From IMG/VR virus record IMGVR_UViG_3300040781_000350: DNA of 64,000 nucleotides. One strand, given 5' to 3'. Source of the stretch: a virus. Taxonomy: Duplodnaviria > Heunggongvirae > Uroviricota > Caudoviricetes. The translations under genes were made by a program, and so were the position numbers. The notes beneath the pieces are model-generated. The model saw nothing but the letters and a program-made list of their open reading frames with translations. It made no database searches and was not told the DNA's origin. This document shows positions 1 to 9,659 of this stretch, in pieces; positions within the stretch are counted from its first letter, which is position 1; every line of letters begins with the position of its first letter.

Positions 1-99
1 GAAAATACAATTACACAAGCACGTTTAGTTGTGAGCAGAATCAAAGCAAATGCAGCAGAGTATAGACGCGTTCATGGTTACTCACCATATTCAGATTAA
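1..99 (+). CDS. 3' end of a plus-strand gene (partial, C-terminal 32 codons)
   Basis: Open frame 1 from the window edge to TAA at 97-99 (…RVHGYSPYSD*). The upstream part lies outside the window. Confidence 0.35.
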   Translation, partial: ENTITQARLVVSRIKANAAEYRRVHGYSPYSD

Positions 100-112
100 A
101 CATAAATAATGT

Positions 113-601
113 ATGCCCTGGATATCGTCAGAAATTCATTATGAACGAGTAAATATCAAGAAGAAAACGATCTTTGGTTGGAGACGTAAATTAGGATATC
201 GTTTAACAAAAGATCTCAGATATAAAGCTGGTGATGGTGTTTTTTATGTTTTAAAACGTGGTTATATTTGGGACGGCCCATCATACCCAAATTGGCTTAG
301 TTGGATTATAGGTGATAAAACAACGGATGGTGCATTAGCTGCATCAGCATTCCATGACATTCATAATAAGATACCAGCTCGTTATGTTACATATAACAGT
401 GATAAATCACAAAAAATGTATTATGTAACAATGTCTATTAAAGATGGTGCTGCATTTTATGATAAACTGCTTGATGAATGGCCGGATAGTAACCAAACAG
501 TGAAAGGATGGCAATCCAACACACAACGATTTGGTTTAATAGTTTTTCAGCCAATATATCGTCTGTTGAATGATAATGAAGATTGGCTACTGGATGAATA
601 A
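113..601 (+). CDS. hypothetical protein (162 aa)
   Basis: Long ORF. [8 protein letters not shown] element at 103-110, 2 nt before the ATG, matching the other plus-strand and structural genes. No recognisable domain. Confidence 0.5.
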   Translation: MPWISSEIHYERVNIKKKTIFGWRRKLGYRLTKDLRYKAGDGVFYVLKRGYIWDGPSYPNWLSWIIGDKTTDGALAASAFHDIHNKIPARYVTYNSDKSQKMYYVTMSIKDGAAFYDKLLDEWPDSNQTVKGWQSNTQRFGLIVFQPIYRLLNDNEDWLLDE

Positions 602-609
602 ATAATTAT

Positions 610-807
610 ATGAGCATGTTAAGAAAAATAAAACGTTTTTTCAATCTTCCGATCGTTGAATGGGTTGAAAACACACAAAAAAATACAAGTAATGAAGCTG
701 ATGAATATCTTTATATTTTTTCACCAACTGAAGGTGACCTTATGTTAACAATCGGAGATGTTAAAGCAGCTAAAAAGCTCGCAAGTAAAAATAACGAGGA
801 TAAATAA
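610..807 (+). CDS. hypothetical small protein (65 aa)
   Basis: ORF immediately after the previous gene. Overlaps ORF 758..970, and which of the two is real is unclear. Confidence 0.3.
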   Translation: MSMLRKIKRFFNLPIVEWVENTQKNTSNEADEYLYIFSPTEGDLMLTIGDVKAAKKLASKNNEDK

Positions 808-974
808 TATTATGCCATTACATACAACACTAGTACCACCTGCATCAGGTGGAAGCATGACAACGGGTTATCTAGAAGATTTCATGAACACCACGGTAAC
901 TGCAGCTTCAGGGACTTTGATTCAAGTACTTGACGCAAGTGGTCGTCTTCTTCTTGTATGGTCTGATTAAACCT

Positions 975-2738
975 TTAAGCTACTGGCTCTTCTGGCACCG
1001 GTTCACCAACCGGTGTCTCCGGCTCTACTGGTATATCTTCAGTACCCCCTGCATCAGCTGGAGCTCCTCCGAAGTCAGGGATTCCGCCACCTCCTCCGCC
1101 GAGGTCCGCTCCGCCGAGATCACCTTCTGCTCCTTCAACACCTTGCTCCATATTTTCTCTCCAGTCAGGACCACCTGCAGTAATTTGTGCAATTTCCCAA
1201 TCAGTTTCAGCATCTTTACGACGTGCATGTCTATTAGCTTTAATACGGTCATCATCCCAACCAAGATAAAGCTTTTGTGCAAATGTTGGTGATATACTTT
1301 CATTACCAGCAATAGCATTAAAGTTGTCCATTCGTAGAGACAATTTCTGACTTTCACGCATTTCGTAAAAGTTAGTCGGTACATTCATTGTAATATCAAT
1401 GTTATGCGCTTTGATATCAAATTTCTTATCTAGCTTTTTAAGCTTAAGATGAGCAATAAATCCGTTTTTAAGACCGTTAGCAAACTGCTGCTGTAATCTG
1501 ATAATAAAATTAGCAAATCTAAGTTCTTGTCTTAAGATTTCATTACCATCAGAAAAACCTTGTTCTGGGTTTATACGAGTACCTGGCACTTTAAGTGCTT
1601 TGTAAAGCTTTTCGACGAAGTAAAGCAAGTCTGTAAGCTCACCGAGGTTTTGACCACCTTCAAGTTGTGTAACGGATGTACCTTCACTACCAGTACGCTT
1701 TGCGAACCAGAAACTATCTAGCATACTTTGAGGATTGAATTTTTGTACTTGACCTTCTTGATTCGTGTCAAACGTCTTTTTGCTCCAATACTGCTGAATT
1801 AATTTACGGAGATAAGCTTCTGCTTTTGGTGGCGGAAGGTTACCGGTATCAACATTGAATACTAGACGTTCTGGTGCACGAACTAGACGATAGATTACAA
1901 TAGAATCTTCAATAAGAGACAGCTGTCTATATGCACGTCTACCGTTTTCAATATGCGGCATTCTAAACGTCTTATCGTGATTCCAAACACCAGAGTGTAC
2001 ATATGTAATTTGATTTTCTTCCATCGGAATCAAATCGTATCCGACAACCTTTTCAGGCTTCTGTGGATCAAAGATTGGTTTACGTAAAATATACCCTTTG
2101 ATCATCATGTTTTGAATATTATCAAAAATAGGATCAATCAACTCACATGGTAATGTTACAGCACCTAAAATACCTTCATCTATATGATTGTTATGAATGA
2201 TGTGTTCAAAATAAACTTCCCCTTCAATTAACAACTGTCTGAAATACTCGAACCCTTTCTTCTCTAACTCGAAATGATCTACATATTTTTGAAATTCTTC
2301 TTTAAGTAAAGTTTCATATTCTGAATCGATTTCAGTATTTTTAATTTTAAGATAAGCTACACGACCTTCATCATCAAGGTTAACACACTCATCGCAAATT
2401 TCATCTAGTGCTGTTGCAACTTCAGCAAAGGCAGCCATAACTCTATACTCAGATAATCTACCACCTTTATTCTCATCGATATTAGAATAAACAAGCTGCG
2501 CATAATCACCATCTCTTGAAATAGCTGCTGCTCCTTGTTCATTATACCCGTTGTTATAAAATATACTATTCTTAGCTAGTGCTTCATTGCGATCCATGCC
2601 CAATTGCTGGAAAGCTGGGTATTTTGGATTCAGGTTGCCGAACACATTATCAAAGTCTACCGGTTGATATGGTAGTTTGTTTGTTAAATTCTTGAATAGG
2701 TCAGATTTAAAGAATCCTTTTTTATCGTCTTGAGCCAT
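975..2738 (-). CDS. portal vertex protein, T4 gp20-like
   Basis: 587-aa ORF. Remembered similarity to T4 gp20: EICDECVNLDDEGRVAYLKIK vs T4 [21 protein letters not shown], and LEKKGFEYFRQLLIEGEVYFEHII vs [33 protein letters not shown] lies 4 nt upstream of the ATG. Unusual Gly/Pro/Glu-rich C-terminal tail. Confidence 0.85.
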   Translation of the reverse strand: MAQDDKKGFFKSDLFKNLTNKLPYQPVDFDNVFGNLNPKYPAFQQLGMDRNEALAKNSIFYNNGYNEQGAAAISRDGDYAQLVYSNIDENKGGRLSEYRVMAAFAEVATALDEICDECVNLDDEGRVAYLKIKNTEIDSEYETLLKEEFQKYVDHFELEKKGFEYFRQLLIEGEVYFEHIIHNNHIDEGILGAVTLPCELIDPIFDNIQNMMIKGYILRKPIFDPQKPEKVVGYDLIPMEENQITYVHSGVWNHDKTFRMPHIENGRRAYRQLSLIEDSIVIYRLVRAPERLVFNVDTGNLPPPKAEAYLRKLIQQYWSKKTFDTNQEGQVQKFNPQSMLDSFWFAKRTGSEGTSVTQLEGGQNLGELTDLLYFVEKLYKALKVPGTRINPEQGFSDGNEILRQELRFANFIIRLQQQFANGLKNGFIAHLKLKKLDKKFDIKAHNIDITMNVPTNFYEMRESQKLSLRMDNFNAIAGNESISPTFAQKLYLGWDDDRIKANRHARRKDAETDWEIAQITAGGPDWRENMEQGVEGAEGDLGGADLGGGGGGIPDFGGAPADAGGTEDIPVEPETPVGEPVPEEPVA

Positions 2739-2780
2739 TGTAATTATTTAATTGTAACCACTGTTTTAATCAATACTATG

Positions 2781-3956
2781 TTATAGATCGTATGATATAT
2801 AGTTACCAGAGAGGTCAGTTATAACCTGATCGAGATAAGTCACAATACCGATACCACTGTCTAACATCATAATATTCGTATCACCAGCACTGAAAGATTG
2901 TGTATTTAGCGTGTAACTACTATCTGTGTATCCAGCATCATTAATTGTAACAAACACCACATCAAATGACGATGCTGCACTTAATGATGGCAAGTCAAAC
3001 ATCAAAATATTATCATTTAAAACTGTCGGTATAATCTCTTGACCTGAAACCGGTGCTTGTTGAGATGTGAATCCTGATACCGTTTTAACACTAGAGTACA
3101 CATCCGGGTTATTCGATGATAATAATACAGTTTCAACATGATTGAAACCATACCCTTCAAGAGTTATATTACCTGTTGTACCGTATGCTAATGGTAATCT
3201 AGTGAAAAGCTGTCGTTGACCGTAGTATATGCTTGTTATTTCAGGTGCACCGCTCAATACACGACGACTAATATCACCAGTATCAAGATCAGCTGATGTA
3301 ATTAGATTAACATCGTAAAAGTTTTGTCTTATATTATGAATTTCACCTACTGGATCAGCTGTATCTTTAAACAACCATCCTTTAAGAGTGAAGTTCGTTT
3401 CAGAAACAACTCTATCCTTTTTTGATGAATCTCTATTTAGTTCATGCGTCGTTGATATATCACCGCTCCACAACACCGTTGTTCGAATTTCCTGTATGTT
3501 TGGAAGTTTAAATTGTATTGGCACCGGCCAACTTATAATAACATACGGGTCACAAAAAGGTATGAAATTCGATATAATCTGATCCATATCAGTATCATAA
3601 CGCGACATAATTGCCATCGATATCTCAATATTTACCGGTACAGGGGCTTTAATATGTGAATGACTTGCTGCTTCAGTTAAATCACTAAAGTACCCGCCGT
3701 CGATCTTATTACGTTGTCTGACGCTATCACGTTTTAACCCAGTCATATTAACACTCACAACCGGTAATGTAAGTGTTTTATTCTCATTAACAATGTCGTG
3801 CATCACACGTTCTTTCGGTGCATACACGTATCTTACACTGATTCGATCTTGTTCAGAACGATTTTTGTTATAGCGACCAATAACTATATCATCGAACGCA
3901 GCACAAAACTGCGTGATAATATCTGAAATTTCAAAATAGAATGGACGGGACTTCAC
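2781..3956 (-). CDS. putative tail tube protein (gp19-like N-terminus) with C-terminal Ig-like extension
   Basis: Lies immediately upstream of the portal, as T4 gene 19 does. N-terminal RPFYFEISDI resembles T4 gp19 RPNLFQVEISYL. GTG start 3 nt after TTAAATAAT. The C-terminal about 100 aa look like an Ig-like domain. At 391 aa it is larger than a canonical tube protein, so the call is tentative. Confidence 0.4.
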   Translation of the reverse strand: MKSRPFYFEISDIITQFCAAFDDIVIGRYNKNRSEQDRISVRYVYAPKERVMHDIVNENKTLTLPVVSVNMTGLKRDSVRQRNKIDGGYFSDLTEAASHSHIKAPVPVNIEISMAIMSRYDTDMDQIISNFIPFCDPYVIISWPVPIQFKLPNIQEIRTTVLWSGDISTTHELNRDSSKKDRVVSETNFTLKGWLFKDTADPVGEIHNIRQNFYDVNLITSADLDTGDISRRVLSGAPEITSIYYGQRQLFTRLPLAYGTTGNITLEGYGFNHVETVLLSSNNPDVYSSVKTVSGFTSQQAPVSGQEIIPTVLNDNILMFDLPSLSAASSFDVVFVTINDAGYTDSSYTLNTQSFSAGDTNIMMLDSGIGIVTYLDQVITDLSGNYISYDL

Positions 3957-3964
3957 ACAATTAT

Positions 3965-4429
3965 TTAATCAACTTCCCACGGGAAGTGAATCCAACTAGT
4001 GCCTGCATTTCCGCAGTGATATGTTTTAATATCAAATGTTGTATCATCACGTCTTAACAATGAGCAATATGTTACATTTATTTGAGGGTAAAATGTGGAT
4101 AAAAATACAGAAACTTTTCTGAATGTTTCTCCGGAATCATTAATATCATCCACAACAATAACATTTTTAAACATGTCTAATTGCGGTGTCTGTTTAATAC
4201 ACCCAGCACCATCTCTCAAGCTAACTGAGAAATTAACGAGTTCATTACAACCGAACTTGTATGCTAACATAGTGGCAGGAATTAAGCCGCCTCTACCTAT
4301 TCCGATAACACAGTCAGTTTCAATCTCGTCAACTTTAAGTTGATTATGTAAATCAGTGATGTAATGATCTACATATTCCCATGGTAAAGAAAACTTATCA
4401 TGCGGTTTTTCAGTTTTAAATAAATGCAT
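3965..4429 (-). CDS. gpt: xanthine-guanine phosphoribosyltransferase-like (PRTase type I)
   Basis: 154 aa. PRPP-binding motif VIVVDDINDSGETF, GIGRGGLIPATMLAY resembling Gpt AVSRGGLVPGALLAR, and a C-terminal WIHFPWE as in E. coli Gpt. Confidence 0.7.
   Translation of the reverse strand: MHLFKTEKPHDKFSLPWEYVDHYITDLHNQLKVDEIETDCVIGIGRGGLIPATMLAYKFGCNELVNFSVSLRDGAGCIKQTPQLDMFKNVIVVDDINDSGETFRKVSVFLSTFYPQINVTYCSLLRRDDTTFDIKTYHCGNAGTSWIHFPWEVD
3971..3984 (-). terminator. possible short hairpin terminator between gpt-like and tube-like genes
   Basis: CTTCCC-ac-GGGAAG 6-bp stem followed on the minus strand by TTGATTAAATAATT. It overlaps the TTAAATAAT element of the next gene, so the function is ambiguous. 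Confidence 0.3.
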
Positions 4430-4456
4430 ACTCTAAATTATGGAGTAAAGATACAC

Positions 4457-4831
4457 TTAATCCATGTATGCATCATATGTATTTTTAAAGTGTTTTAATA
4501 AAGACAGCTTATCATCAACTGCATAAACACCATTATCAAGCATACGCTTAATATCTTCAACACATCTTCGCATCAAATTTTCCAACTGTTCTAATCTCAT
4601 TGAACCGTACCCTGGTACAAGAATTTCACTACTGTCGGAAATTTCTGATTCCTGCTCTACACCTGTACTTGCACTGTATGGTGATCCTTCCACTTTACCT
4701 TTACCTTGGAGACCAGGAAAAGCACTGGATGGTCCTTGACTATGAGGTGCATATTGACTATTTTGTCTTGTTTGATTGTATGCACCAGGATAATTTTCCA
4801 TGATTAATTCGTTATCGCTCTTTTCGATCAT
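4457..4831 (-). CDS. hypothetical protein (124 aa)
   Basis: ORF in the packed minus-strand series with no recognisable motif. Confidence 0.45.
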   Translation of the reverse strand: MIEKSDNELIMENYPGAYNQTRQNSQYAPHSQGPSSAFPGLQGKGKVEGSPYSASTGVEQESEISDSSEILVPGYGSMRLEQLENLMRRCVEDIKRMLDNGVYAVDDKLSLLKHFKNTYDAYMD

Positions 4832-4842
4832 ATCATTACTTA

Positions 4843-5292
4843 TTAGAAAAAGTCATCTAATCTTGATGCAATTTTTTCCCATTCTTTACATTCATGTTCA
4901 TATTTGTTATTTGCATATTTATCATGATCAATATCATCATTAGAGTCCGGAACGTAATCGACTACATCTCTTACAGGTGCTCTATCAATGTTGCATTGTA
5001 TCCAGTGTTTAAATTCATGTACAATAGTCTGTATAACGAACTGTCGCTTTGTACGGAACACTCGAGCACCATAAAATTCGTCCCCAATCTGAATCTCGTT
5101 TGTACCCCATATATACCCAGAAACTGGTCCTGGTACGACAGAAATACTCAACGTATAAAACCAAATTTTAGTTGTTCTCTTATGATGATTAGCAAGAAAT
5201 GATAGACAATTTTCTAAACGATGCTTCTTAATTCCGTATTCCTTTAGAAGTTTTCTAAACTTTGCATCATATTCTATCGAAATAACTATCAC
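4843..5292 (-). CDS. hypothetical protein with HExxH motif (possible metallopeptidase)
   Basis: 149 aa, HEFKH motif. GTG start overlapping the stop of the upstream gene (GTGA). Confidence 0.4.
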   Translation of the reverse strand: MIVISIEYDAKFRKLLKEYGIKKHRLENCLSFLANHHKRTTKIWFYTLSISVVPGPVSGYIWGTNEIQIGDEFYGARVFRTKRQFVIQTIVHEFKHWIQCNIDRAPVRDVVDYVPDSNDDIDHDKYANNKYEHECKEWEKIASRLDDFF

Positions 5293-5687
5293 AGACTTTC
5301 AGTTCTATTTTCTTTTAAAACATCGATAAGTGTTCTGAATGATTTTCTTCCTGCTTCTTCAGCAGCTTCTTTACTTTCAAACCCGAAATTGTACTTATCA
5401 GGGGGATATTGTTCTTTCTCAGATTCTGTTTCGTCTTTTACTGTATCGACTTTAAGGTATTTGAATGCCCATTGAGCACCTGCTATAAATGCCTTGTGAG
5501 CTTCCGTGGTAAACATGTCACCATCTTCAACCTTATCCATGCCGTTTTCTTCGCTATACTCATCTATGCCATAGCACATAGCGGTCCAATCATCAATAAA
5601 AAGATCTCCTTTTTTATAACACTCCTTACGACACTCTTCCCAGATTCGTATAAATCGTTCATCTGTAATTGGCTTCATATTTTCCAT
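5289..5687 (-). CDS. hypothetical protein (132 aa)
   Basis: ORF with TATAAT 6 nt upstream of the ATG (leaderless geometry). Confidence 0.5.
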   Translation of the reverse strand: MENMKPITDERFIRIWEECRKECYKKGDLFIDDWTAMCYGIDEYSEENGMDKVEDGDMFTTEAHKAFIAGAQWAFKYLKVDTVKDETESEKEQYPPDKYNFGFESKEAAEEAGRKSFRTLIDVLKENRTESL

Positions 5688-5712
5688 AACTCTATTATAA
5701 TATATTTTTATA

Positions 5713-6315
5713 TTATGTCCACATTTGCTTACGATTTCTGATAATCCAGCTCATGTAAAATTCTTCTTGTTTGTTTAGCTTTTCTTCAAGCTTATCATGG
5801 TGACTATAGCATTCTTCATATGAAAACTTAGATGGTTTCAATTTCTTTAATGATAGTTGATCGTCAATTTTACATGGTTCATCTTCCCATTCAAGTGGTC
5901 CAGCTTTATTCGTTGCAGCTGTGAGTGCATCATCTATTTGTTTCTGTAATTTCGGTCGGCGAACCTTCACAAAATCATAACAATCTGTAAGTTCTTTTGC
6001 AAACTTCTTATGATCATCACAATCATCATATGCGACCCGTTCAAAACATTCTTCACCTTCTACGAAATGAATAACACAACCGAATAAAAATTCCTCGATA
6101 AGATAATCTTTATCATGCCATTCATATTTCGGAATGTATGTTCGTACCCAACGTTGTGGTGACTTGAAGAACTGCTTAATGTAATCAAGCCAGTTCATTC
6201 GATATCGGGGTAGAATGAATCCCCACACATCATCAACGAAGAAGTCGTAAACATCATATACGAATTTCGGAAGATTATACATCCTCCATTCCATTTTGAA
6301 TTTAAAATCGTTCAT
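5713..6315 (-). CDS. hypothetical protein (200 aa)
   Basis: ORF with ATGA overlap to the downstream gene. Confidence 0.5.
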   Translation of the reverse strand: MNDFKFKMEWRMYNLPKFVYDVYDFFVDDVWGFILPRYRMNWLDYIKQFFKSPQRWVRTYIPKYEWHDKDYLIEEFLFGCVIHFVEGEECFERVAYDDCDDHKKFAKELTDCYDFVKVRRPKLQKQIDDALTAATNKAGPLEWEDEPCKIDDQLSLKKLKPSKFSYEECYSHHDKLEEKLNKQEEFYMSWIIRNRKQMWT

Positions 6316-6596
6316 TATGTTATTGGTTCAATTTCAAAACATTCGAGCCTTTGAAACAATTCGTTTTGTGATACAACCGTGATACCTTTTCCAGACAAGC
6401 TGAAAACATAAACATATAATGCGTGTATACCTCTGCTTCCAACAGTACGTTTGAATTCACATGTAAAGTAGATACAATCACCTTCTTTAATATCACAAAA
6501 ACCATAAGCTGTTGTTTTCTTTTTGATTGCAGTTACCCTATACTGGCCTGATTGAAATGGTATTGTTAATTCTTCCATATAAAAGGTGAGGTTCAA
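6315..6596 (-). CDS. hypothetical protein (93 aa)
   Basis: ORF with a motif-like element just upstream. Confidence 0.45.
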   Translation of the reverse strand: MNLTFYMEELTIPFQSGQYRVTAIKKKTTAYGFCDIKEGDCIYFTCEFKRTVGSRGIHALYVYVFSLSGKGITVVSQNELFQRLECFEIEPIT

Positions 6597-6802
6597 GAAC
6601 CGAAGTTCAACGAAAAGTTTCGCTGCTAAGTTTTTTGTTTTACGATTTTCGTTTTACAGTTTACAGAAGCTAAATTTTGTATTTTAGATGTCGATATCTG
6701 TATATATACGAAGTCCGATTGGACCAGTTCATCAAGTCTCCGAAGAGAGTATGATAAGTGCTACTTGCTTTTCATACCCGCCCGATTCTATCCCCTCATA
6801 AA

Positions 6803-7246
6803 CTAAATTGATGTTGTTGCGTTGAAATCATCGACCTCGTCTTGAAGATCATTGATCTCTTCTTTGATCACTTGCAATCTTGCGTCAACATCATCTTGGG
6901 TAACAAAAGCTTCAAACACATCATATTCTTCAGGTGCATCGCGCGTGAATCGAGATTTACTAAACTTACCTTCTTTTGTGTCGAGGCATTCGAAAAAGCC
7001 TAGCTGTCCTTTGAGTTCAGCCATTCTGATCAGCTTAACTGCAATTGGTGCAGTTGCAACTTGAATTGCAGCCTTGAGACTAATCAGTTGAGCAAGTTTA
7101 TCATCAAGTTGAACGAACGACTCACTAACTTTAGTATGATTAAACTTATCTTCAAGCTGTGAATTCTCACGGTTAATGATAGATTTAACTGTGTTGATCT
7201 CACCTACAAGGCGATTTTTAACTTTTAATGCTTTGCTTAATTTCAT
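6803..7246 (-). CDS. hypothetical coiled-coil protein (147 aa)
   Basis: ORF with a conserved promoter element (attatatcgttgttcc) at 7254-7272 directly upstream. Confidence 0.5.
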   Translation of the reverse strand: MKLSKALKVKNRLVGEINTVKSIINRENSQLEDKFNHTKVSESFVQLDDKLAQLISLKAAIQVATAPIAVKLIRMAELKGQLGFFECLDTKEGKFSKSRFTRDAPEEYDVFEAFVTQDDVDARLQVIKEEINDLQDEVDDFNATTSI

Positions 7247-7368
7247 AGTTGTATTATATCGTTGTTCCTATTATTTTTTACCCTTTTCGTAAATTTCTTT
7301 CATTGTTCTTTTACATCCCACACAGTATGTTTTACACCTGCTTAGTTCACATTTTCGAATGCACTGTT

Positions 7369-7665
7369 TCATACATGTCTATCCCAGAATATTCCACCTA
7401 ACCATAGAAAGATGCATGAACGAGCTGTTTTTCTAATACGGAATTGATTTCTCGATACACGCTCGGTTGAACTTGGCGGGAATTTATCGCGAGTTATTTC
7501 AAAATTATTCCAAAATATCAGCGGAAGAATTTCCATCCCCGCTTCGATATTACCTTTACTGGTATAGAAATTAGCAACTGCAGTATTGCGGTTCTTCCAA
7601 CCATAAAACTCGAACAATTCAATCTCGATAAATCTACCAGACTTCGTTGTAATATTCCACTTCAT
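7369..7665 (-). CDS. hypothetical protein (up to 98 aa)
   Basis: ORF in an operon with the upstream gene. The C-terminal extent is uncertain. Confidence 0.35.
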   Translation of the reverse strand: MKWNITTKSGRFIEIELFEFYGWKNRNTAVANFYTSKGNIEAGMEILPLIFWNNFEITRDKFPPSSTERVSRNQFRIRKTARSCIFLWLGGIFWDRHV

Positions 7666-8115
7666 TTACTCTGCTTCTTTTACCATAGCATCAAAGTCAA
7701 TTGCATTAACAGCATTAACGATGATTACAGGTTCTTTCGTCTTTACACTGATATCTCGTTCAGTAAGAAGCTTTCTCTTTACGTCTCCCATAGCGTTAGC
7801 AATGGTCTCCACTGGAATCTTCATGCCTTTACGTGTGAGATTGTGTTCAGCTGCTGCTTCTTTAATGCGTTTCACAACATCAACATGCGGAACACTTTCA
7901 GGCGTCTGAACAATATACATTGGAATTTCAGCAATGTTTTCATCTTCACTCAATGCAACAATTACGAATTGCTTCGGCTCTTTTGGGAGAGGCGGCTCTT
8001 TTGCTGCTTCTTGTTCAGCTTCTGCTTTGCTGATAATTTCTGCTCGTGTCGGCAAGTCGAGTTGCGGATAATCTGCTAGGACGCTTTCGAATATTTCTTT
8101 GTCTATTTTTTTCAT
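7666..8115 (-). CDS. hypothetical protein (149 aa)
   Basis: ORF with a degenerate promoter element (attgtaacactgttcc) upstream. Confidence 0.5.
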   Translation of the reverse strand: MKKIDKEIFESVLADYPQLDLPTRAEIISKAEAEQEAAKEPPLPKEPKQFVIVALSEDENIAEIPMYIVQTPESVPHVDVVKRIKEAAAEHNLTRKGMKIPVETIANAMGDVKRKLLTERDISVKTKEPVIIVNAVNAIDFDAMVKEAE

Positions 8116-8164
8116 AAATTCTAAATGATTGTAACACTGTTCCTTCTTGAATAAATAATAAAAT

Positions 8165-9478
8165 ATGACAATTACAAAATTTAGTCAGCTCGTAAAGCTC
8201 GTAAATGAAGAGTTTTACAAAGATGGTGATACATTAAAGTTTACAACAGATTCAAACGATGATAATGTATTGAAATTTACTGATTCTTTAACAACAGTTA
8301 AAGGTGATAATTCAACATTTATAAGAAACAGGGGATTATCTCAAGGTAATTGGCATAGAGTGTATTATGGGTATGATGTTGTGGACGATACCGATATGAG
8401 AAAAAGTGTTATGAGAATACCGAAGACATTTACATCGGGTTCAGCTGATCCAAAATCATACGATTCAAACATAAATACAACACATTATGATTATGATGCA
8501 TTTACTGATAAGGAATATCAAATGTTAATAGATAGAGCAATTGATGGGTTCGTATCAAAACCATACACAGCTAAGACGCATTATAATTTAATTGTGTATC
8601 CGAGTAGTAGATCACCTCATGTTATGGATATTGTACAGTCAATTCAAAATAAAATTGGTTATGAATTACCAGCTATAGAACACAAAAAAATTCCTAATAC
8701 AACAACAGGTTGGAAACAAATATTTGGATTAAATGACCCAGATAACAGTAAAAATATTGTCAATACGCTGTACAATAAAATCTTCGGAGATGCTAATCAT
8801 TCCAGTAATGTAGCAGCTACTGCAAAAACAGAAATAAATGATGCTGCAAATGCGGTAATGACAAACCATAAAAGCAATGACGATAAATACATTTCAGTTG
8901 CAACTCATTTACGCGGTGCAGGTGAGCCGGTTTTAATACAACAAATAATCGATGCGTTAAACCAAAATGGGTTCTTCGAAAAATTTCCAGGTGCTAAACA
9001 ACCTAAGCTAGGTGGTCATTTAGATCAATATGCAACTAATTCTGTATTCAGACAAGAAAGACTGAACAAAAAGCTTGGTGAGGATCAGCTTAATATTTTA
9101 TTTGTGGATGATAATATTAATACAGGGGATACGTATAAGCAGTTACAAGCTGTAATTACAAAATCGCCTGATCAGCATTGGGATTTCTTTTACCTTATTA
9201 AAAAGGAAAGTTATGGAAATACAGAAGGTGATATTGGTACTGGGGAAATCGAACAGCTTGAATCACAAAAAGTTAGTATTTCAAAAACGATTTCCGATCT
9301 CAACCTTAGGCTCAAAAAATTGAACGATGTTGAAAATTTCTCTTCTATGGACCTTGGTTTGAGCGATATGAGACGAGAAAAGGAGCAAAAGGAAAAGACA
9401 AATCAGTTAGAATCACTTACAAACCAGCTTGCTGAACTTGAAAAGAAGATCAAGCAACTAAGCTGGCAGAGGGAATAG
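8165..9478 (+). CDS. hypothetical 437-aa protein with PRTase-like PRPP-loop motif and C-terminal coiled coil
   Basis: Isolated plus-strand ORF. ILFVDDNINTGDTY fits the type-I PRTase PRPP-binding loop. C-terminal heptad-rich segment. ATAAATAAT lies 5 nt before the ATG. Confidence 0.55.
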   Translation: MTITKFSQLVKLVNEEFYKDGDTLKFTTDSNDDNVLKFTDSLTTVKGDNSTFIRNRGLSQGNWHRVYYGYDVVDDTDMRKSVMRIPKTFTSGSADPKSYDSNINTTHYDYDAFTDKEYQMLIDRAIDGFVSKPYTAKTHYNLIVYPSSRSPHVMDIVQSIQNKIGYELPAIEHKKIPNTTTGWKQIFGLNDPDNSKNIVNTLYNKIFGDANHSSNVAATAKTEINDAANAVMTNHKSNDDKYISVATHLRGAGEPVLIQQIIDALNQNGFFEKFPGAKQPKLGGHLDQYATNSVFRQERLNKKLGEDQLNILFVDDNINTGDTYKQLQAVITKSPDQHWDFFYLIKKESYGNTEGDIGTGEIEQLESQKVSISKTISDLNLRLKKLNDVENFSSMDLGLSDMRREKEQKEKTNQLESLTNQLAELEKKIKQLSWQRE

Positions 9479-9659
9479 TTTAATCCCAATTCCAGGTTTC
9501 ATAATACAAATCATCAACCTCGAACTCATCCCAGAATTCTTTACCGCATGTAGGACAGGTACCATATAATGTCTTCCAATGACCAGGTTTATTAGGATAT
9601 CCGGTCATACCACTTGTTCTAACCTTCATTTTAAGATCTTTATGTCCGCAATAATCGTT

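Noticed and set aside
995-1014. Inverted repeat CACCGGTtcaccaACCGGTG near the convergent gene junction
   Set aside because: It lies inside the portal coding sequence (PVGEPVPEEP), not downstream of it, so it is not annotated as a terminator.
930-1384. ORFs 930..1292(+), 1025..1384(-), 3388..3582(+) and similar ORFs nested in the portal and tube-like genes
   Set aside because: They lie antisense or out of frame within long, well-supported genes and show biased, implausible composition.
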